DNA of 64,000 bases, from assembly GCA_964016885.1 (NCBI GenBank), contig OZ024756.1:44605839-44669838 (forward strand), given 5' to 3'. A program made the translations under genes and the position numbers. Below are positions 42,501 to 57,800 of the stretch, one piece after another (positions within the stretch are counted from its first letter, which is position 1; every line of letters begins with the position of its first letter). The DNA is from Eledone cirrhosa (lineage: Eukaryota). The notes below the pieces were generated by a model. It did no database searches. It had not been told where the DNA came from and was given only the letters and a program-made list of their open reading frames with translations.

Positions 42501-43760
42501 GTGTGGTTGCGTGTGCGGATACAGCCATGTACATATAGAGAAATAAAGGCACGCATACACATGTCGACAGAAATGCCCAGAAAGAAACTCTTTCTCCCAG
42601 AGAAAGGAAATGGAGACCAAAAAAACACAACAAAACAACTGTAGATCAAACGAAAAATTAATCTGGAAATGACATGAAAAGATGAGGTGAAGAGAGATTT
42701 AATTTATAATCTGGATAATCGTTATAGGAAGTTTACAACAATAACAACAGGTGTTGCTGTATCAATAACAACAATAACAACAGCAACTTCTGTGGTAACA
42801 ACAGCAACAAAAACATCCGCATCAGTGCATTACTGGAACTTTATTTTATCAACGGTGAAAGGTAAAGCTAACCTTGGCGGGATTTGAATTCAGAACTTAA
42901 AGGGACGTAGCCATATGCTGCAAAGCATTTTTTCCGACGCTCTACCGATTCTAGCAATCCACCACCCTGATCAATAATGACAGCAATATCAGTATATAAC
43001 AACCTGTTCCTAACCGAGAGGTATAATAGTAGTGTGTGGTAGGCTTTACACATGCATACATACATGCAAACATAGATGCATGCATTTGGGCATACATAAA
43101 CGCATAGGTACATTCATACATACGTATACATAAATGTAAACATACATGCATACTTACATACATACAGATAGACAGACAGACATATATGTGGTGGGATGTA
43201 GTTAAACATATTCCGATGTTTTATGAGGCAGTATATACGTGTAAACATAATTCACAAGCGACACAACAGCTGCAAAGCTTTCTATGATCAACAAAAAGAC
43301 AAGCGAAACTAAGCCATTTTATCTGTCGTCTAAATTACACCAAAGTCACGTACAAAATAACGATGAGGTGGTTTAATGAACACAATATGGTTCGACTGTG
43401 TTGAACAATGTACATTTGCGAATGGTGCTTGTATAGACACGCAAGCACACGCGGACACACACGGACACACATGTAAATATACGAAATCACACCCACCCAC
43501 GCGCACATACCATATATATATATATATAATACTAGTAGTTCCTCATGAAGAAGATTTTTTGCATATCATATCTATATATATATATATATGCCCGTGTGTG
43601 CATCTGGAACTAGCTGTTGAAACGGGAACAGCTCAGTCGTCGGGCTCCAACTCTTTATAATATATATATATATTAGTAGTTGAGAAACTACTAGTATTAT
43701 GTACATATATAATATAGAACAACAGATAATAAATGTACAAGAAAGAATAAAGCCTAAAGC

Positions 43761-43839
43761 TCGATTATACGGCCGTTTCATGAACCCCAGATGATGCATA
43801 TAATCGATTTTAATAATCCGTATCAATCATCAATATCGA
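43761..43839 (-). ncRNA. Degenerate HHR-like motif
   Basis: Minus strand: TCGATA TTGATGA TTGA..TCAT GAAA CGGCCG TA^TAATCGA; palindromic stem III. Confidence 0.4.
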
Positions 43840-44134
43840 CTCTGGTAATAAGCATCATAAAGATAATGGGATGTCATTCTTCAGTAAGTTTCTAGTCTTC
43901 TCTAAATATATATATATATATCGGAAACCCCGCCTCCCTCTCCCCACTCCACCCGCCACCACCCCTACACGCCCCACACCCTTCCACCACTTGTTTTACT
44001 TCATGTTTATTTTTATTTTTATTATGCTTTTATATTTATTTTCATTTGTACCGTTTCCTCTCACCCCCTTTTTTCTAAATGTCTCTCCCCCACTCCCCTA
44101 CACACCCTTGGAACTCTCTTCCCACACACTTTTC

Positions 44135-44167
44135 GCCTGAAGAAGGGCTTATGCCCGAAACGTCGTT
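44135..44167 (+). ncRNA. Minimal PLE-type HHR motif
   Basis: CTGAAGA A GGGC-TTAT-GCCC GAAA CG TC; palindromic ACGT replaces helix III. Confidence 0.6.
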
Positions 44168-44251
44168 CCCCACCACCACCCCACTCTCAAGAGCGTGAAA
44201 CTAATAAACCTTTGTTCGTACTGCCTCTCTGTTTTGTTCCCGTTCAATTTT

Positions 44252-44310
<59 letters not shown>

Positions 44311-44622
44311 CGTAGGCTAGAGTGCTTTGAGGTATTCTTCCCGGATCTCTGCATACACACACACACGTATTCTAAGATAAATATAAGAACAAACCTACAC
44401 CGCGAGAATTGTGGTGAGGTCTCTCCATACAAACGATCTAATGAATCTATAATATAAATTTATATTGACACATAAACCGGAAATATCACCCAACTTGGAG
44501 CTGTTTCCGGTAAAAGGAAAGAAAAAGAGTCACATCCGCTCACAGATTTCCCGGCTAGTTTTTTTTTTTCTCAGTCATAAATGAACGTAGGTAGATGCCA
44601 TCACTCAACATGTTTACTGTAA

Positions 44623-44686
<64 letters not shown>

Positions 44687-44894
44687 CATTTGAGCGTCGG
44701 ACAAATGCTTTCGACCACACTTCATCCATTATATTTGTGTGTGTGTGTGTGTTTGTGGTTGTATGTATATATATATATACATACATAAAGAGTCACCAAA
44801 CCATTTTAAATTATAACATATATAAAATGGTCAAGTGATTTGGGGGACACTGTATGTGTGTATATATATGTGTGTATATACACTAATTATGCAG

Positions 44895-45745
44895 ACCATG
44901 TTGACTTTCTGGTTCACTCTCAAGATGACATGCAACACGTGGACAGTACATCGTAGACAGTACATCGTAGACACAATTTGTTTGAACACATCAGTCAAAA
45001 GACGAATCCTAAACATTAAATGGTAACAGAAAATAACTAACACACAAATCCTTATAGATGCTGGTTGCACAAGCATTGAATCTGCCATCATATCCTCTCA
45101 AATGCGTTGGCTAGGCCATGTTGTGTGCATGAAAAAATAACTATTTTACAGTCAATTGCACACTGGGAAACGCCCTCAGCACAAACCAAGAAAACGATAT
45201 AAATATTGCATAAAAAAACAACCTTAAGGATCTACAGTTTGAAGTTCAGAACTGGGAAGTGCTTGCTTTAAAGAGGGGTAAATGGAGAGGCCATGTGAAG
45301 GAAGGCTGCAGAATGTTTGAAGAGAGACATCTTGATCATGAAAACTTTAAACGCCAGCTTTGAGGATGCCATAGTATGAACCTCAATAAGAACATAGAGA
45401 GCAGGATTTGTGAGGTGCGTGGTCGTTTACTACTCTCTAAATCTGGGTACGCCACTCATTTAAAATCACATAAAAAGCCAACTCTATGCAGCTCTATCCC
45501 TCCAGTGCTATGTGTGGTGTGCCAAAAAATCTGCAAATCAAATTCTGGTCTTAAAAGGTATATAAGGGTATATAAGGATGACCTCCCAGAAACTGACCCA
45601 ATCAATCCATTAGAGGGCACATCTTTTGTCTGTCAATTTTGCTGCAGACTGTGTAACTCTGCAGCTGGACCTAAAAGTCACGTAAGATGCCATAAACGGA
45701 CGTTTGGAGTTGGTGATGGTGGATTGGGGTGCATTGGGAGACGGC
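44895..45745 (+). mobile_element. Decayed RTE/BovB-like LINE 3' end with C2H2-like zinc fingers
   Basis: RRILNIKW, MRWLGHV, GKRPQHKPRKRYK, CVVCQKICKSNSGLK, CQFCCRLCNSAAGPKSH. Confidence 0.7.
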
Positions 45746-46258
45746 AATCCTCATATTTTTTCATGTGTATATATATATATATATATACACACCTATTTCT
45801 ATATGTATATATCTATATATATGTGTGTGTGTATGTTAACATGGTTGATTGCTATGTTCTAAGCAGACTTATAGAGGGTGGGGGTAAAATTACAATATTG
45901 CATTTCTCTCTTATTGGATGTCTAATGTCTGTAGAAACTGCTTGGAAGTTGTTCGACATTTTTTTATTTTATTTTCCGTGTGACACGAAAATAAAAATGT
46001 CCTCCAATTATAAAAAGAATGAAAACGAAAAATAACAGCAAACAAGTCTAATTAACCATCAACTAGAAAGGAAAAAAATAATTAGAAACCTTTTTTATGT
46101 TGAAATGAATAAAATGAATGAATATAATCACAATTAAGGTTAATTATATGAAACTGGTGCCAGCAAATTGCTATCTTTAGGGCATACAGACACACAAAAC
46201 ACTTAAAACGATAGCAAATACCACAATCTCGAGCGGCTACGTATATATGTGTGTGTGT

Positions 46259-46354
<96 letters not shown>

Positions 46355-46508
46355 AGGGCGCAAAAAAGAAACTAGGCAAAATCCGTTCAAAATCGATGAT
46401 TTATTACATAATATAGTCTCTTATACGTGTTTCAATTAGCCAACACAAAAAACGGTTATTCCTATTTCCTGGTATATGTATGTGATATATATATATATAA
46501 TATTACAG

Positions 46509-46647
46509 GACGGTCTAAAGAAGCGGATGGAACTATTAAAGCGAAGAGTGATACAAGCCACAGAAGCTGTGAATGAAGAACGACAAAAGAATGTTGATCT
46601 TCTTCAAATGATATTTCCGTCTACAGTGGCGCAGAAGCTGTGGAGAG
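46509..46647 (+). CDS. GUCY1A: sGC alpha exon (coiled coil)
   Basis: TACAG|DGLKKRMELLKRRVIQATEAVNEERQKNVDLLQMIFPSTVAQKLWR-G|GTGAGT; phase 0 to 1; DGLKKR and IFP..VA..LW are alpha-type. Confidence 0.95.
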
Positions 46648-46988
46648 GTGAGTGGTAAAGATGGAAAGTTAGATGTGTGAGAGGAGGCGAGAAGGATTCT
46701 TGATGGGAAATGGCACCTTGAGGATTTAGACCGAAATCTCGGCAGCAATATACGTATGTGTCTATCAAACAGACAATTGTTTCGTATCTTTTAGACTTTC
46801 AGAGCTTTTTCACTTTAACTAACGTTCTCGAGATCACAACTTCCGCAGTTCAGCGAATTCTCACCTAAGATACGAGATTACTTTCAATCTTTGACACGTT
46901 TCTGCCAACAATTCGGGGTTTATTCTCACAGATTACATTTCACATTAAGACTATACTACATTTTGTTTTTAAATATATTTTGGATCAT

Positions 46989-47028
<40 letters not shown>

Positions 47029-47544
47029 CGTGTGTGTGTGTGTGTGTGGATTAAATAATTGTTTCTACTTTAGGCACAAGGCCAGCAATTACCCAGTGCA
47101 TTACTGGTACTTTATTTTATCAACCCCGTAAGGATGAAAGGCAAAGTCAACCTCGGCGGGATTAAATAATGAAAACAAAAACAAAATGAGATTTAATGCT
47201 TAATTAAGCCATTGTTTTACGATTGTTTCAAATTGGGAAATGAACCATGATAATATCAATATATTCACTAATCGATATCAGTTATATAACTCGATATTAT
47301 TAGCCTGGACAAAACGTGTCCATCTTACCGTTCATCAGATACAATTTTGCCCCTTTCATATAGTTTTCTATTGCTGTCACTTTACCTAACTACCTATTCC
47401 CCCAGTCTGTCTACCTGTCTGTCTATCTATCAAAATATGCAATAATTCATCCGTCCAATCATCTATACCCCATAGACGTTCTCATTTACCTTACTCCCAT
47501 CCTTCACTTCTCGTTAACTTGCTATTTTCTGTTACCACCAACAG

Positions 47545-47711
47545 GCGAAACCGTCGAACCAACCAAAGTAAAAGACGTTACCATGTTATTTAGTGACATT
47601 GTGGGATTTACGGCCATCTGTTCGTCGTGCAAGCCCATGACCGTTGTCAATATGTTGAATGCCCTCTACACCCACTTCGATCATTTCTGTGGGATGCTGG
47701 ATGTCTACAAG
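47545..47711 (+). CDS. GUCY1A: sGC alpha exon (cyclase N-terminus)
   Basis: AACAG|..[45 protein letters not shown]|GTAAGT; phase 1 to 0. Confidence 0.96.
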
Positions 47712-49689
47712 GTAAGTCTAAAATAAGCTTGTTTGTTTTCTTTTTGTTTGTTTGTTTTGTGGAAATCAGTGAAGAGAGAAAATGTTATTTCGTATTAGTT
47801 TGTACCTTTCATTTGATGTAAGATGGCAAAGTTGTCCTCGGTGGGATTTAAACTCAGAGAGCGCTGAGAGCCGGATAGGATACTGTTTAGCATTCTATCT
47901 GACATTCTAACGACTCTAGCAATTCGTTGCTTTACAGAATATTGCACTTAATTAATAGTCTATGTCATTTTGTTTGAAAACGGAGCCGGATTTCCTTCTC
48001 GTCAAAATTATTTTGTTTTGTTTTCTATCTCGTTTTGTACACTGATTTCTAAGTCACCTTCACAGTGATTTAGGCCGTCCTCGGTCTACGTGAAAGCTGA
48101 TTCATTTTGGCTTATTAAAGTTTGTTCGGAGTAATCTGGTAGTTTACTACTGTGTACAGCGAAGATGTCAGTCGCCGGACATTAAACAGAGCTTTTTCAA
48201 TGAATTGGGATTTTCTTTCAATGAATTGGGATTTTCTTTCAATGAAATTAGTTCCGAAAATACGTTCACGTCTGTATGAAAAGCTCTTAGCTTGAACAAC
48301 ACAACAATGAACGGCTGCCAAATGAAAGATGCAATAGCGCTAAGTTGATTGGTAAGGAGTGGAAAGCAAATACTTGCTCCTCTTTTTATGATATCTTACT
48401 TTGACTTGCTATGAGCTCTTGTTTATTCATGCATTTATTCAACTCGTCCATCTTTATTGCTTGGTTTAATTTTACTTTTTTTTCTTTTTATTTTTTACTT
48501 TTCACCATTTATTTCACTTCTTACTATCGATCTTCATGTCTTCCATTGTTTCTTCATTTCTATCCTTTTGTTCTCTCTCTCTCTCTCTCTCTCTCCACAC
48601 ACAGACACATGTGTGTGTGTCAATCTATCGATGTTTCCTTCCTTGTCTTGATTCTCCCTTTATTTTCTGCATGTCTTTCTATTCATTTCATATAATTTCA
48701 TTTCTTTCTCTTCTTTCTTTTGATTTATCTGCCATCATCTTCCCCATCCCACCCACCCCTTTTATCTTCACTTCTCTTTTCTTTATGATAACATCTTTTA
48801 TTCCACTGTCAATCTTTCCTCCTCTTCCTATCTTATCTCTCAAGTGTTGTATACTTCTTTGACGGCTGCCTCATGTATTACCGGCACAATAATTCTTTCG
48901 CTACTTGGGCAAACATGTTGCTTTAGACGAAAACAAATGCTACATTAAATGGATACAAAATTGAAAGAATTGATGGGCATGTCACTATAAAGATGAGAAG
49001 AAAAGATGGCATCTTAGAAATACAATACGCAAACAAAAGGACCACACAATTGAGAGATCGATATTGAAGTAAATAAAATAAATATAGTTACATATGCGCG
49101 TATTATATGTATTGATTTTAGTGTTGTTGAGATGTGCTTGTGTCTGTGTGTATGTGTTTGTGTGTGTGTGCGTGACACAGAATGTGACAAGGCTGGTCCT
49201 TCAAATTACAGGTGCAACTCATTTTTGCTAGCTGAGTGGACTGAAGCAACGTGAAATAAAGTGTCTTTCTCAAGGTCACAACGTGCAGAGAATCGAACTC
49301 ACGACCTTACGTTTGTGAGCCGAATACCCTAACAATAAAGCTACGCTCCTTCATTATTGTACATTATATACTACAAATACGAACCAACAAGAGAATGTCT
49401 ACGTAACAGTTCGACCTGTTAGAAATAGTAGGTAGACCTCCCAAAGATCAGATCAGAAAGGCCTTGAGAAATGATGACCATTTAAGGGAATGCGTATTTC
49501 TACGGAATTTATCAGGAGGAAGGTGAGGAAGTGGCAGATTCGTTAAGGTGTCGCATAGAAGAATGCTTCGTGTTATTTATTCCAGCACCACAAACTCTGA
49601 GTTCAAATAACGCCCAGGTCAACTTTGCGAGGGTCGATTGTGAAGGAGATGTTAAACATCTTATGAAGTTATTGAACCGTAATAGCGCG

Positions 49690-50490
49690 CGTGTGTGTAT
49701 ATATATGTGTATATATAAATATGCGCATATACATACATATATATGCGCATATACATACATATATATGCGCATATACATACATATATATGTACATATACAT
49801 ATATATGCACATATACATATATATATGTATATATATATGCGCATATACATACATATATATGCGCATATACATATATATATAAGCGCATATACATATATAT
49901 GCACATATACATATATATGCACATATACATATATATATGTATATACGCATATACATACATGCACATATACATATATATATATGTATATATATATATATGC
50001 GCATATACATACATGCACATACACACACATATATATATATATGCGCATATACATACATATATATGCACATATACATATATATATATATATGCGCATATAC
50101 ATAGATATATATGCACATATACATAGATATATATGCACATATACATAGATATATATGCACATATACATATATATATATGCGCATATACATATATATATAT
50201 GCGCATATACATATATATATATATGCGCATATACATACATATATACATATATATATACATACATATATACATATATATATACATACACATATATATATAT
50301 ATATACATACATATATATATATACATATATATATACATACATATATATATATACATACATATATATATATACATACATATATATATATACATATATATAT
50401 ACATATATATATATACATATATATATATACATATATATATACATATATATATATACATATATATATATACATATACATATATATACATAC

Positions 50491-50524
<34 letters not shown>

Positions 50525-50542
50525 ATACATATATATATACAT

Positions 50543-50588
<46 letters not shown>

Positions 50589-50876
50589 ACATATATATAC
50601 ATATACATATATACATATATATATACATATATATACATATATATATACCTATATATATACATATATATATACCTATATATTTATACATATATATATATAC
50701 ATATATATATACCTATATATATACATATATATATATACATATATACATATATATATATACATATATACATATATATATACATATATATATACATATATAT
50801 ACATATATACATATATATATATACATATATACATATATACATACATATATATACATATATATACATATATATATAC

Positions 50877-50909
<33 letters not shown>

Positions 50910-51128
50910 CATATATACATACATATATATATACATATATATACATATATATATACATATATATATACATATATATATATATACATATATATATACATAT
51001 ATATATATACATATATATATATACATATATACATATATATATATACATATACATATGTATATATACATATATATATGTATATATACATATATATATATAC
51101 ATATATATATATACATATATATACATAC

Positions 51129-51177
<49 letters not shown>

Positions 51178-51178
51178 T
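49690..51178. repeat. Compound (TA)/(TACA)/(TATGCGCA) microsatellite
   Basis: Read directly; similar arrays at 1-630, 38405-39003 and 53675-54265. Confidence 0.95.
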
Positions 51179-51179
51179 T

Positions 51180-52010
51180 TCGTTTCTGAATTTGTTTAGC
51201 AAGATTCTTTATCTGAAATCGTGTGTTGAAACCGATATTGTTATACTTTAGGAGGGTCATGTTGCCAATAAGAAACACACGCCCCAGTTGCTTTCACTTC
51301 AATTTATTATAATAAATTTATAATAAATTTATAAATTTATAAATTTCGGGTTGGTTGGTTCCACAACCAGATAGTTGTTTATATATTGTCATAGTTCTTT
51401 CGTCACACACTCTGTGACCTCTTCAGTGACTGGGGATTCTTTTCTTTGTTTTTGTGCCTCTCCTTTGTTCTGTCCTACGCCATTTTGTTTCTGTGTGTGT
51501 GTTGTGTGCTCAGTCTGCGTATGCGCCACATCCGAGTGTCTGTGTGTGTTTATGTTCATTTATTTATTTGTTTATTTACATGTTACTGGTTGGTTGTTTG
51601 TTCTATGTGTGTGTGTATGTTTTCATTTTGTCCTTAATTGTAAGTTGTGATGTTGCTGTTCCACTCATATTTTCTATTTAATTTTGGTTGTAATTCTTTT
51701 ATGTTTATTGCCTCTGTGATTTGTCTAAACATTGCGTCTTTTCTGTGTGTAGATTCTATTTTTATTTCTATGTTCTCTAATTTACCCTTGTGTTCTATTT
51801 TAGCATGTTGGTAGAGTACAGATGATTCTTTACTATCTTGAAGGTCTCGCCAGTGTTCATTTATCCGTTCCCCTACACTACGAGCTGTCTCACCTATGTA
51901 CACTATATTTTTGTCTCTACATTGTCCTTCAGTACATCTTATGCTATACACTACAATGTTTCCATTGGTCTTTCCAATTGCTAATACTATCTGTCGGTCG
52001 CAACTCCAGG
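51180..52010 (-). mobile_element. 5'-truncated Penelope-like element (second family): GIY-YIG end + 3' UTR
   Basis: NIVVYSIRC..C....VYIGETARSVGERINEH..RQITEAINIKELQPKLN. Confidence 0.85.
51388..51430 (-). ncRNA. HHR motif in PLE 3' UTR, best-preserved GTCACA-family copy
   Basis: Minus strand: GTCA CTGAAGA G GTCACA-GAGTG-TGTGAC GAAA GAAC TA^TGAC; perfect stems I and II. Confidence 0.72.
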
Positions 52011-52029
52011 TAAAAGGAGCAATGTTAAA

Positions 52030-52102
52030 TAAAGTGTCTTGCTCAAGGACATAACGCATCGCCTGGTCCGGGATGCGTTATGTCCTTGAGCAAGACACTT
52101 TA
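52030..52102. repeat. Perfect hairpin (31-bp arms, 11-nt loop) of SINE-like sequence
   Basis: TAAAGTGTCTTGCTCAAGGACATAACGCATC-gcctggtccgg-GATGCGTTATGTCCTTGAGCAAGACACTTTA; arm resembles 49257-49285. Confidence 0.93.
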
Positions 52103-53272
52103 ATATATGATTTTTTAATTAATTATGTAATGATTCTGTGTAATACACTGTGAATGACTTAATTCATCCCCGTTGCCAGCAAATGCACAATTATGCAAAT
52201 TAGACGGATAGGTTTGTCTGAATTCTAGTTTATGTACATTATAAAACCTTACAGTACGCTTCAGGACAAAATTATCGACATTTTTTTAAGCTTAGACATT
52301 ATTTTTCAAATTGTCCAAAAATATTGCACTACACACTCTGAATAAATTAAGTACTCCACGTGCCACATGCACTCACCAACTCTTACTTTATATACATTAT
52401 AATATCTATAAGCTATTAATCTCTTTGTGGATAGAGGATAAATATTCTTTCTCTGATGAAGATCCAAATGCATTGAAATTTAACATATGTAAGGATATTT
52501 TCACCTATTTTCAGTTTTTACCTTTCCTTTAATGCTTCTGGGGCAATAAAAGAAAGTACCGGTAACGCACTTGAATCGATTTAATCGTCTTTCCCCTCTC
52601 CAAAATTGTTGGCCTTGCGCCTAAATCAGAAACCATTATTAATATTTATTAATGTGTCCTTACTTCTAATGCTATCCCACGCACACACATTTTATGTAAC
52701 TTATTTTATCTTCTCTGAAAGGACAAAAGACAATATCTTCGCTGGGATTTGAAATCAATATGAGACAAAAGGGTCAGAGATCTGAGGTGAACAGCTAATC
52801 CATTAAATCAACTCTAGTACTTGGTTAGTAGGGGTACTTCCTTTATTTCATCATCATGGAAATGAATAGCAATGATGGTCTCGGTGGGATTTAAATTCCA
52901 ACACAAAACATCTGTAACTAATTGTGTGTATCCGGTTTAGAATAGGTACACCATATCCCTGTATGTTGTAAGAGACAACAAAATTGGATTGACGCCAGAG
53001 AGGGTATCCAGCCGTAAAGCTCTGCCTCAAAAAAGACGACTTCATCATGAGTCTAAAGACTGTCATAGAGCCGAAATTAAATATGGATGCCAATTCGTTG
53101 AACTTTTTATTTATTTAATAACACAATCTTCAAAATGTCTGTTTCTGTATTCCAGATTGTTTTCATTCGTAGTTATTGCTGCTACTGTCATTGTTGTTTT
53201 TTATGTGTGAAACAATGGAGATGCCTGTGTGTGTATGTTGTACTACGTGTTCGTGTATATGTGTGCGTAGTG

Positions 53273-53316
<44 letters not shown>

Positions 53317-53693
53317 TGAGTGAATGTAGCACACGAGAACAAAATGGAGAGGTGGTATGGGAAATAAAACTGTTTATGTCATACCAGTAGCAAATATTGT
53401 GATAGAATAATACTAATAACAATAACAACGAAGTTAATGTTTTGTGTTGTGGGAAGGGGGAGGAGATACTTCTTTTATTTGTGTTTTTTACTTTCTCTTT
53501 AGCCTATCAATATCAAGAGACTAAAGAAGAAGCGAGGGGCAAGGGGGGAATATTTGGAATTTTTGCACTGAAGCCAACTGAAAAAAGAAAAAGAAATGCT
53601 ATTTTTATATGAACATACTAAATATAAATATCTTCTTAGACACACACATAGAAACAGACAGACATCGACACACATTATATATATATATATATT

Positions 53694-53763
<70 letters not shown>

Positions 53764-53798
53764 TATATATATATATATACACATATATATATATACAC

Positions 53799-53829
<31 letters not shown>

Positions 53830-54216
53830 TATATATACACATATATATATATATATATACATACACATACACATATATATATATATACATACACATATAT
53901 ATATATATACATACACATATATATATATATACATACACATATATATATATATACATACACATATATATATATACACATATATATATATACACATATATAT
54001 ATATATATACATACACATATATATATACATACACATATATATATATACACATATATATATATATATATACACACATATATATATAAATACACATATATAT
54101 ATAAATACACACATATATATATAAATATATATATACACACACACATATATATACACACATATATATATATATATACACACATATATATATACACACACAC
54201 ATATATACACATATAC

Positions 54217-54266
<50 letters not shown>

Positions 54267-54762
54267 TCTATTCTATATTCGTAGAAACAATATTTATTTT
54301 GATTATTATGAAATATTTGTCTGTGGTTCTCTGTACACGGAGATTTTATGTCATAATACACACACACGTGTGTATCTATATATTATTGCTATTTATGTAT
54401 TTTCCATATATATGTTTACTTACTTCTATTTTCTCATTGGCATATTATGGTTACAAAATAAACATCTGAGGTTGAAAATAATTTTTTTTTTTTTAAATTA
54501 TAACTTTGAAATAGGAAAAACGAAATAGAAAATGTGAATTTTGATTGTTGTTAGTATTCTGTGTACCATTGATTGGCAGGAAAGGCGAAAATTACAAAAA
54601 TGAAAATATACAATTAAAAACAGTGTAATTCATAGAAAAATTGAAAGGGAGCTAAATCTGACGACGGTATTTAGATGTCAAATATTTAATATATCGTCTG
54701 ATTCCTTTCAGTTTCTTTCATTTGTAAGATTGTTTGTTTTTTGTTTTGTTATTGTTGTTTAT

Positions 54763-54804
<42 letters not shown>

Positions 54805-57800
54805 CGCCCTCTAGTGTCTTGTCTAAGCGTTTTGTCTTTCCCAATCGTTCTTTATTTATATTTCGTTCTTGTTCTCAAATTTCTTTTTTTTTTTTCTTTT
54901 TTTTCTATTCCTATTGTCGGCATCTTTTATTCACATTTCTTGCATTTTGTTGCTTTTCATTCTCCCTTCGTTTTTTTAATTAAAAGTCGAAGGAATTCAT
55001 TTTTTTTAAAGCTAAATTTTTATGTCTGTGTATAAATATAGATTATTAATAGAATGTTTGATTTCGCTCAATTAAATCTATTTCTCTTTAGCTTCCTGAT
55101 ATTACATTTAATCAGTGTATATCTTACATTTTGATTTCCTTCTATCGTTTTTTTTTAAATTTTATTTTATTTTTCTCCTTGGAAAATCGTTTTTCTTTGC
55201 TTATATTTCAAACTTTTCTCGAGTTTTGCTTTTTATTCCACACACCGATTGGTTTTCTTATTAACTATATTATTTTTTTATATATTTTTTTTTTCTTTAT
55301 ATTTTAATCTTTTCTTTTTCCCTTATTTTAAAAAACAAAAAGCCATAATTTCAAAACAGTAAATAGACCGAACAATGTAAGGCAACTGTAATGGCTGAAA
55401 ATAGTCATCTTCCGGTAGAGGAAAATACGGGTGTTGGACGGTGAGCAAGAATGGCAAGCATGGTGCGAGTGAAGGGTCCTGTCCTGAATATACACATTTA
55501 AATCGGAGCAGAACTGGGAGAGTGAACTTCCGTTAGCGATTGGGGTAACCGTGACTTTTAAGGAGTTTTCCACGAATGGTCATCGGAAGTCTCCTCCCTA
55601 ATAGGTAATTTTTCAATGTTAAAATGTTATTGTTACCATCTGGTGATGGTGAGAGTGATAGTGGTGTAGCGATTGTGGTGGTATGGGTGGTAGTGATACT
55701 GGTGGTGGTGGTATGGGTGGTAATGGTTATGGTGGTATGGGTGGTAGTGATACTGGTGGTGATGGTATGGGTGATAGTGGTTGTGGTGGTGGTTGTGGTG
55801 TTGCTGAAGAAAAAGGAAACCACAAGGTAGACAAGAACAGAAGGAAATATTAAAAGAAAGAAAACAGAACGATAGAAAATGTCAAAGGAAAGGAAAAGTG
55901 AAAAAAATACTTTAAAATAAAATGGCATCAAATTAATAATAAATGACATCAAATTGATTTTAAATTGTTAATGTAATTGTTAATGTAAATATTATTGTAA
56001 TTTGGAAAGGGGTGTTTTTCTTTTTGTTGCTTCGATCTGAATTAGTAGTAGTAGTAGTAGTAGCAATAATAAGCCTTCCTAATATTGACACAAGGGCTCA
56101 CAATTTGAGGGGAAGGAAAGTCGATTAAATTGACCCCCAGTACATTACTGGTGCTTTACTTTATCGACCTCTTAAGGTTGAAAGGAAAGCTAACCTCGGC
56201 GGGATTTGAACTCAGATCGTAAAGGAACGTAACCCTATGCCATAAAATATGTTGTCCGACGCTCAACCGATACTCCTAATCTATCGCCCTAATAATAATA
56301 ATATAATAATAACAATAATAATAAGAATAATAATAATGTTTTCTGATTTAGGCACAAGGCCAGCAATTTTAGGGGTGGGGGGAAATCGATTAAATCGATC
56401 CAGGTATGTTACTGGTACTTTGTTTTATCAACCCTGTAAGGATGAAAGGCAAAGCTAACCTCAATAATAATAATGATGATGATTTCGTTTTAAATAATAA
56501 TGATAATAATAATAATAATTTCTTTATTAACCACAAAGGATTTACATCAAGAAAAACATTAAAACACCACAGGACTAAAACTGAGTGTGTGTATGTGAGT
56601 GTCGTGTTGGTTTTGCATGTAAACAAATTTTACTGATAAAAACAATAATACTGCTGTTTCTCTTTATGACATGAAAAAAATAAAAATGTTTGACAGAATC
56701 ATTTCCTATGTGTTCTGGATTGTTCTTGTGATGCACGGTCGGTATTTGTTGACAACATCAACTATATATTAATATATCTGCTTTTCAACTTGTTTCTAAT
56801 TATTTTCTACACTGAAATCTTGACTTCACACTGACCGTTCTATTATTTCTCATGTTCTACTTCTTATTCATCTTTTCTTTTGTTTTTCTCGTAGTTTTTG
56901 GTAAGTTTGATGTTGATGTTATTGTTGCGATTTATGTTGCTCTTGCTATTTGCTGTTATTGATGTTGTTGTTCTTGTTGACGTTGATGCTTGTATTGTTC
57001 TTGTAATTGTTGATGCTGTTTTTCCCCGTTGCCGTTTGTGGTTGTGGTGGAGATAGTGGTGGGGTTATTGTCTTTCCGGTTGCTGTTATTGATTGAATAT
57101 TTGCGTTCCTTCAACAACAGGTATTCATTTCATTTGCATTGTTGTTGTTTTATGCCGCTGTTGTTTTCCATCCCTTTGTCAACTTCTATATTAATGAGGT
57201 CGCTTTCACTCGCCCAGCCACTCCATTTTTCAGCTGTTTAATCTACGATGTTTTAAACACTATGGTGCAAATGATGCCTGTAAACACAAGGAATAGTATC
57301 TCATCTTCAGTCTGGGAACCTCTGCTCCATTCGTTATGAAATACACGTCACAACTTCCTAAGATTCTAACTTCTATCTTCAATACCCACATGCACTCAAA
57401 CAGACACACATGCCAACATACGCACACACGTACGCATACATACCCATACAGACAGATACACAGATCAACATTTATGACAGCATTTGACATTCATAGCAAA
57501 GCAATGATATGTTCAACAAAGCAACAAAATGTACACACATACACACACACGTACAGATACATACACATACGTGCACGCATACACGCATACACGGATGAAT
57601 ATATATATATAAGCACATTCTCTTTCTCTCTCTCCCTCTCTCCTCCCGTAACTCCTAGTGGAGTCGTAGGGGATGCCGTATTGATACATGGCATTTCTAG
57701 GGCGTTTCTTAAACCTGGCGGAGCCGATACCCTCTCCAGATCTGAATACAGCAGATTTCTTCCAAAAAAGGATAGAAAGTGAAAGAGGAAGTGAGAAAAA

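Noticed and set aside
45376-46035. 219-aa ORF as a host C2H2 zinc-finger gene
   Set aside because: Continuous with decayed RTE RT sequence and runs into microsatellite; a LINE C-terminus
54658-54695. CTGACGA plus weak stem as an HHR
   Set aside because: No GAAA box and no stem I or III support
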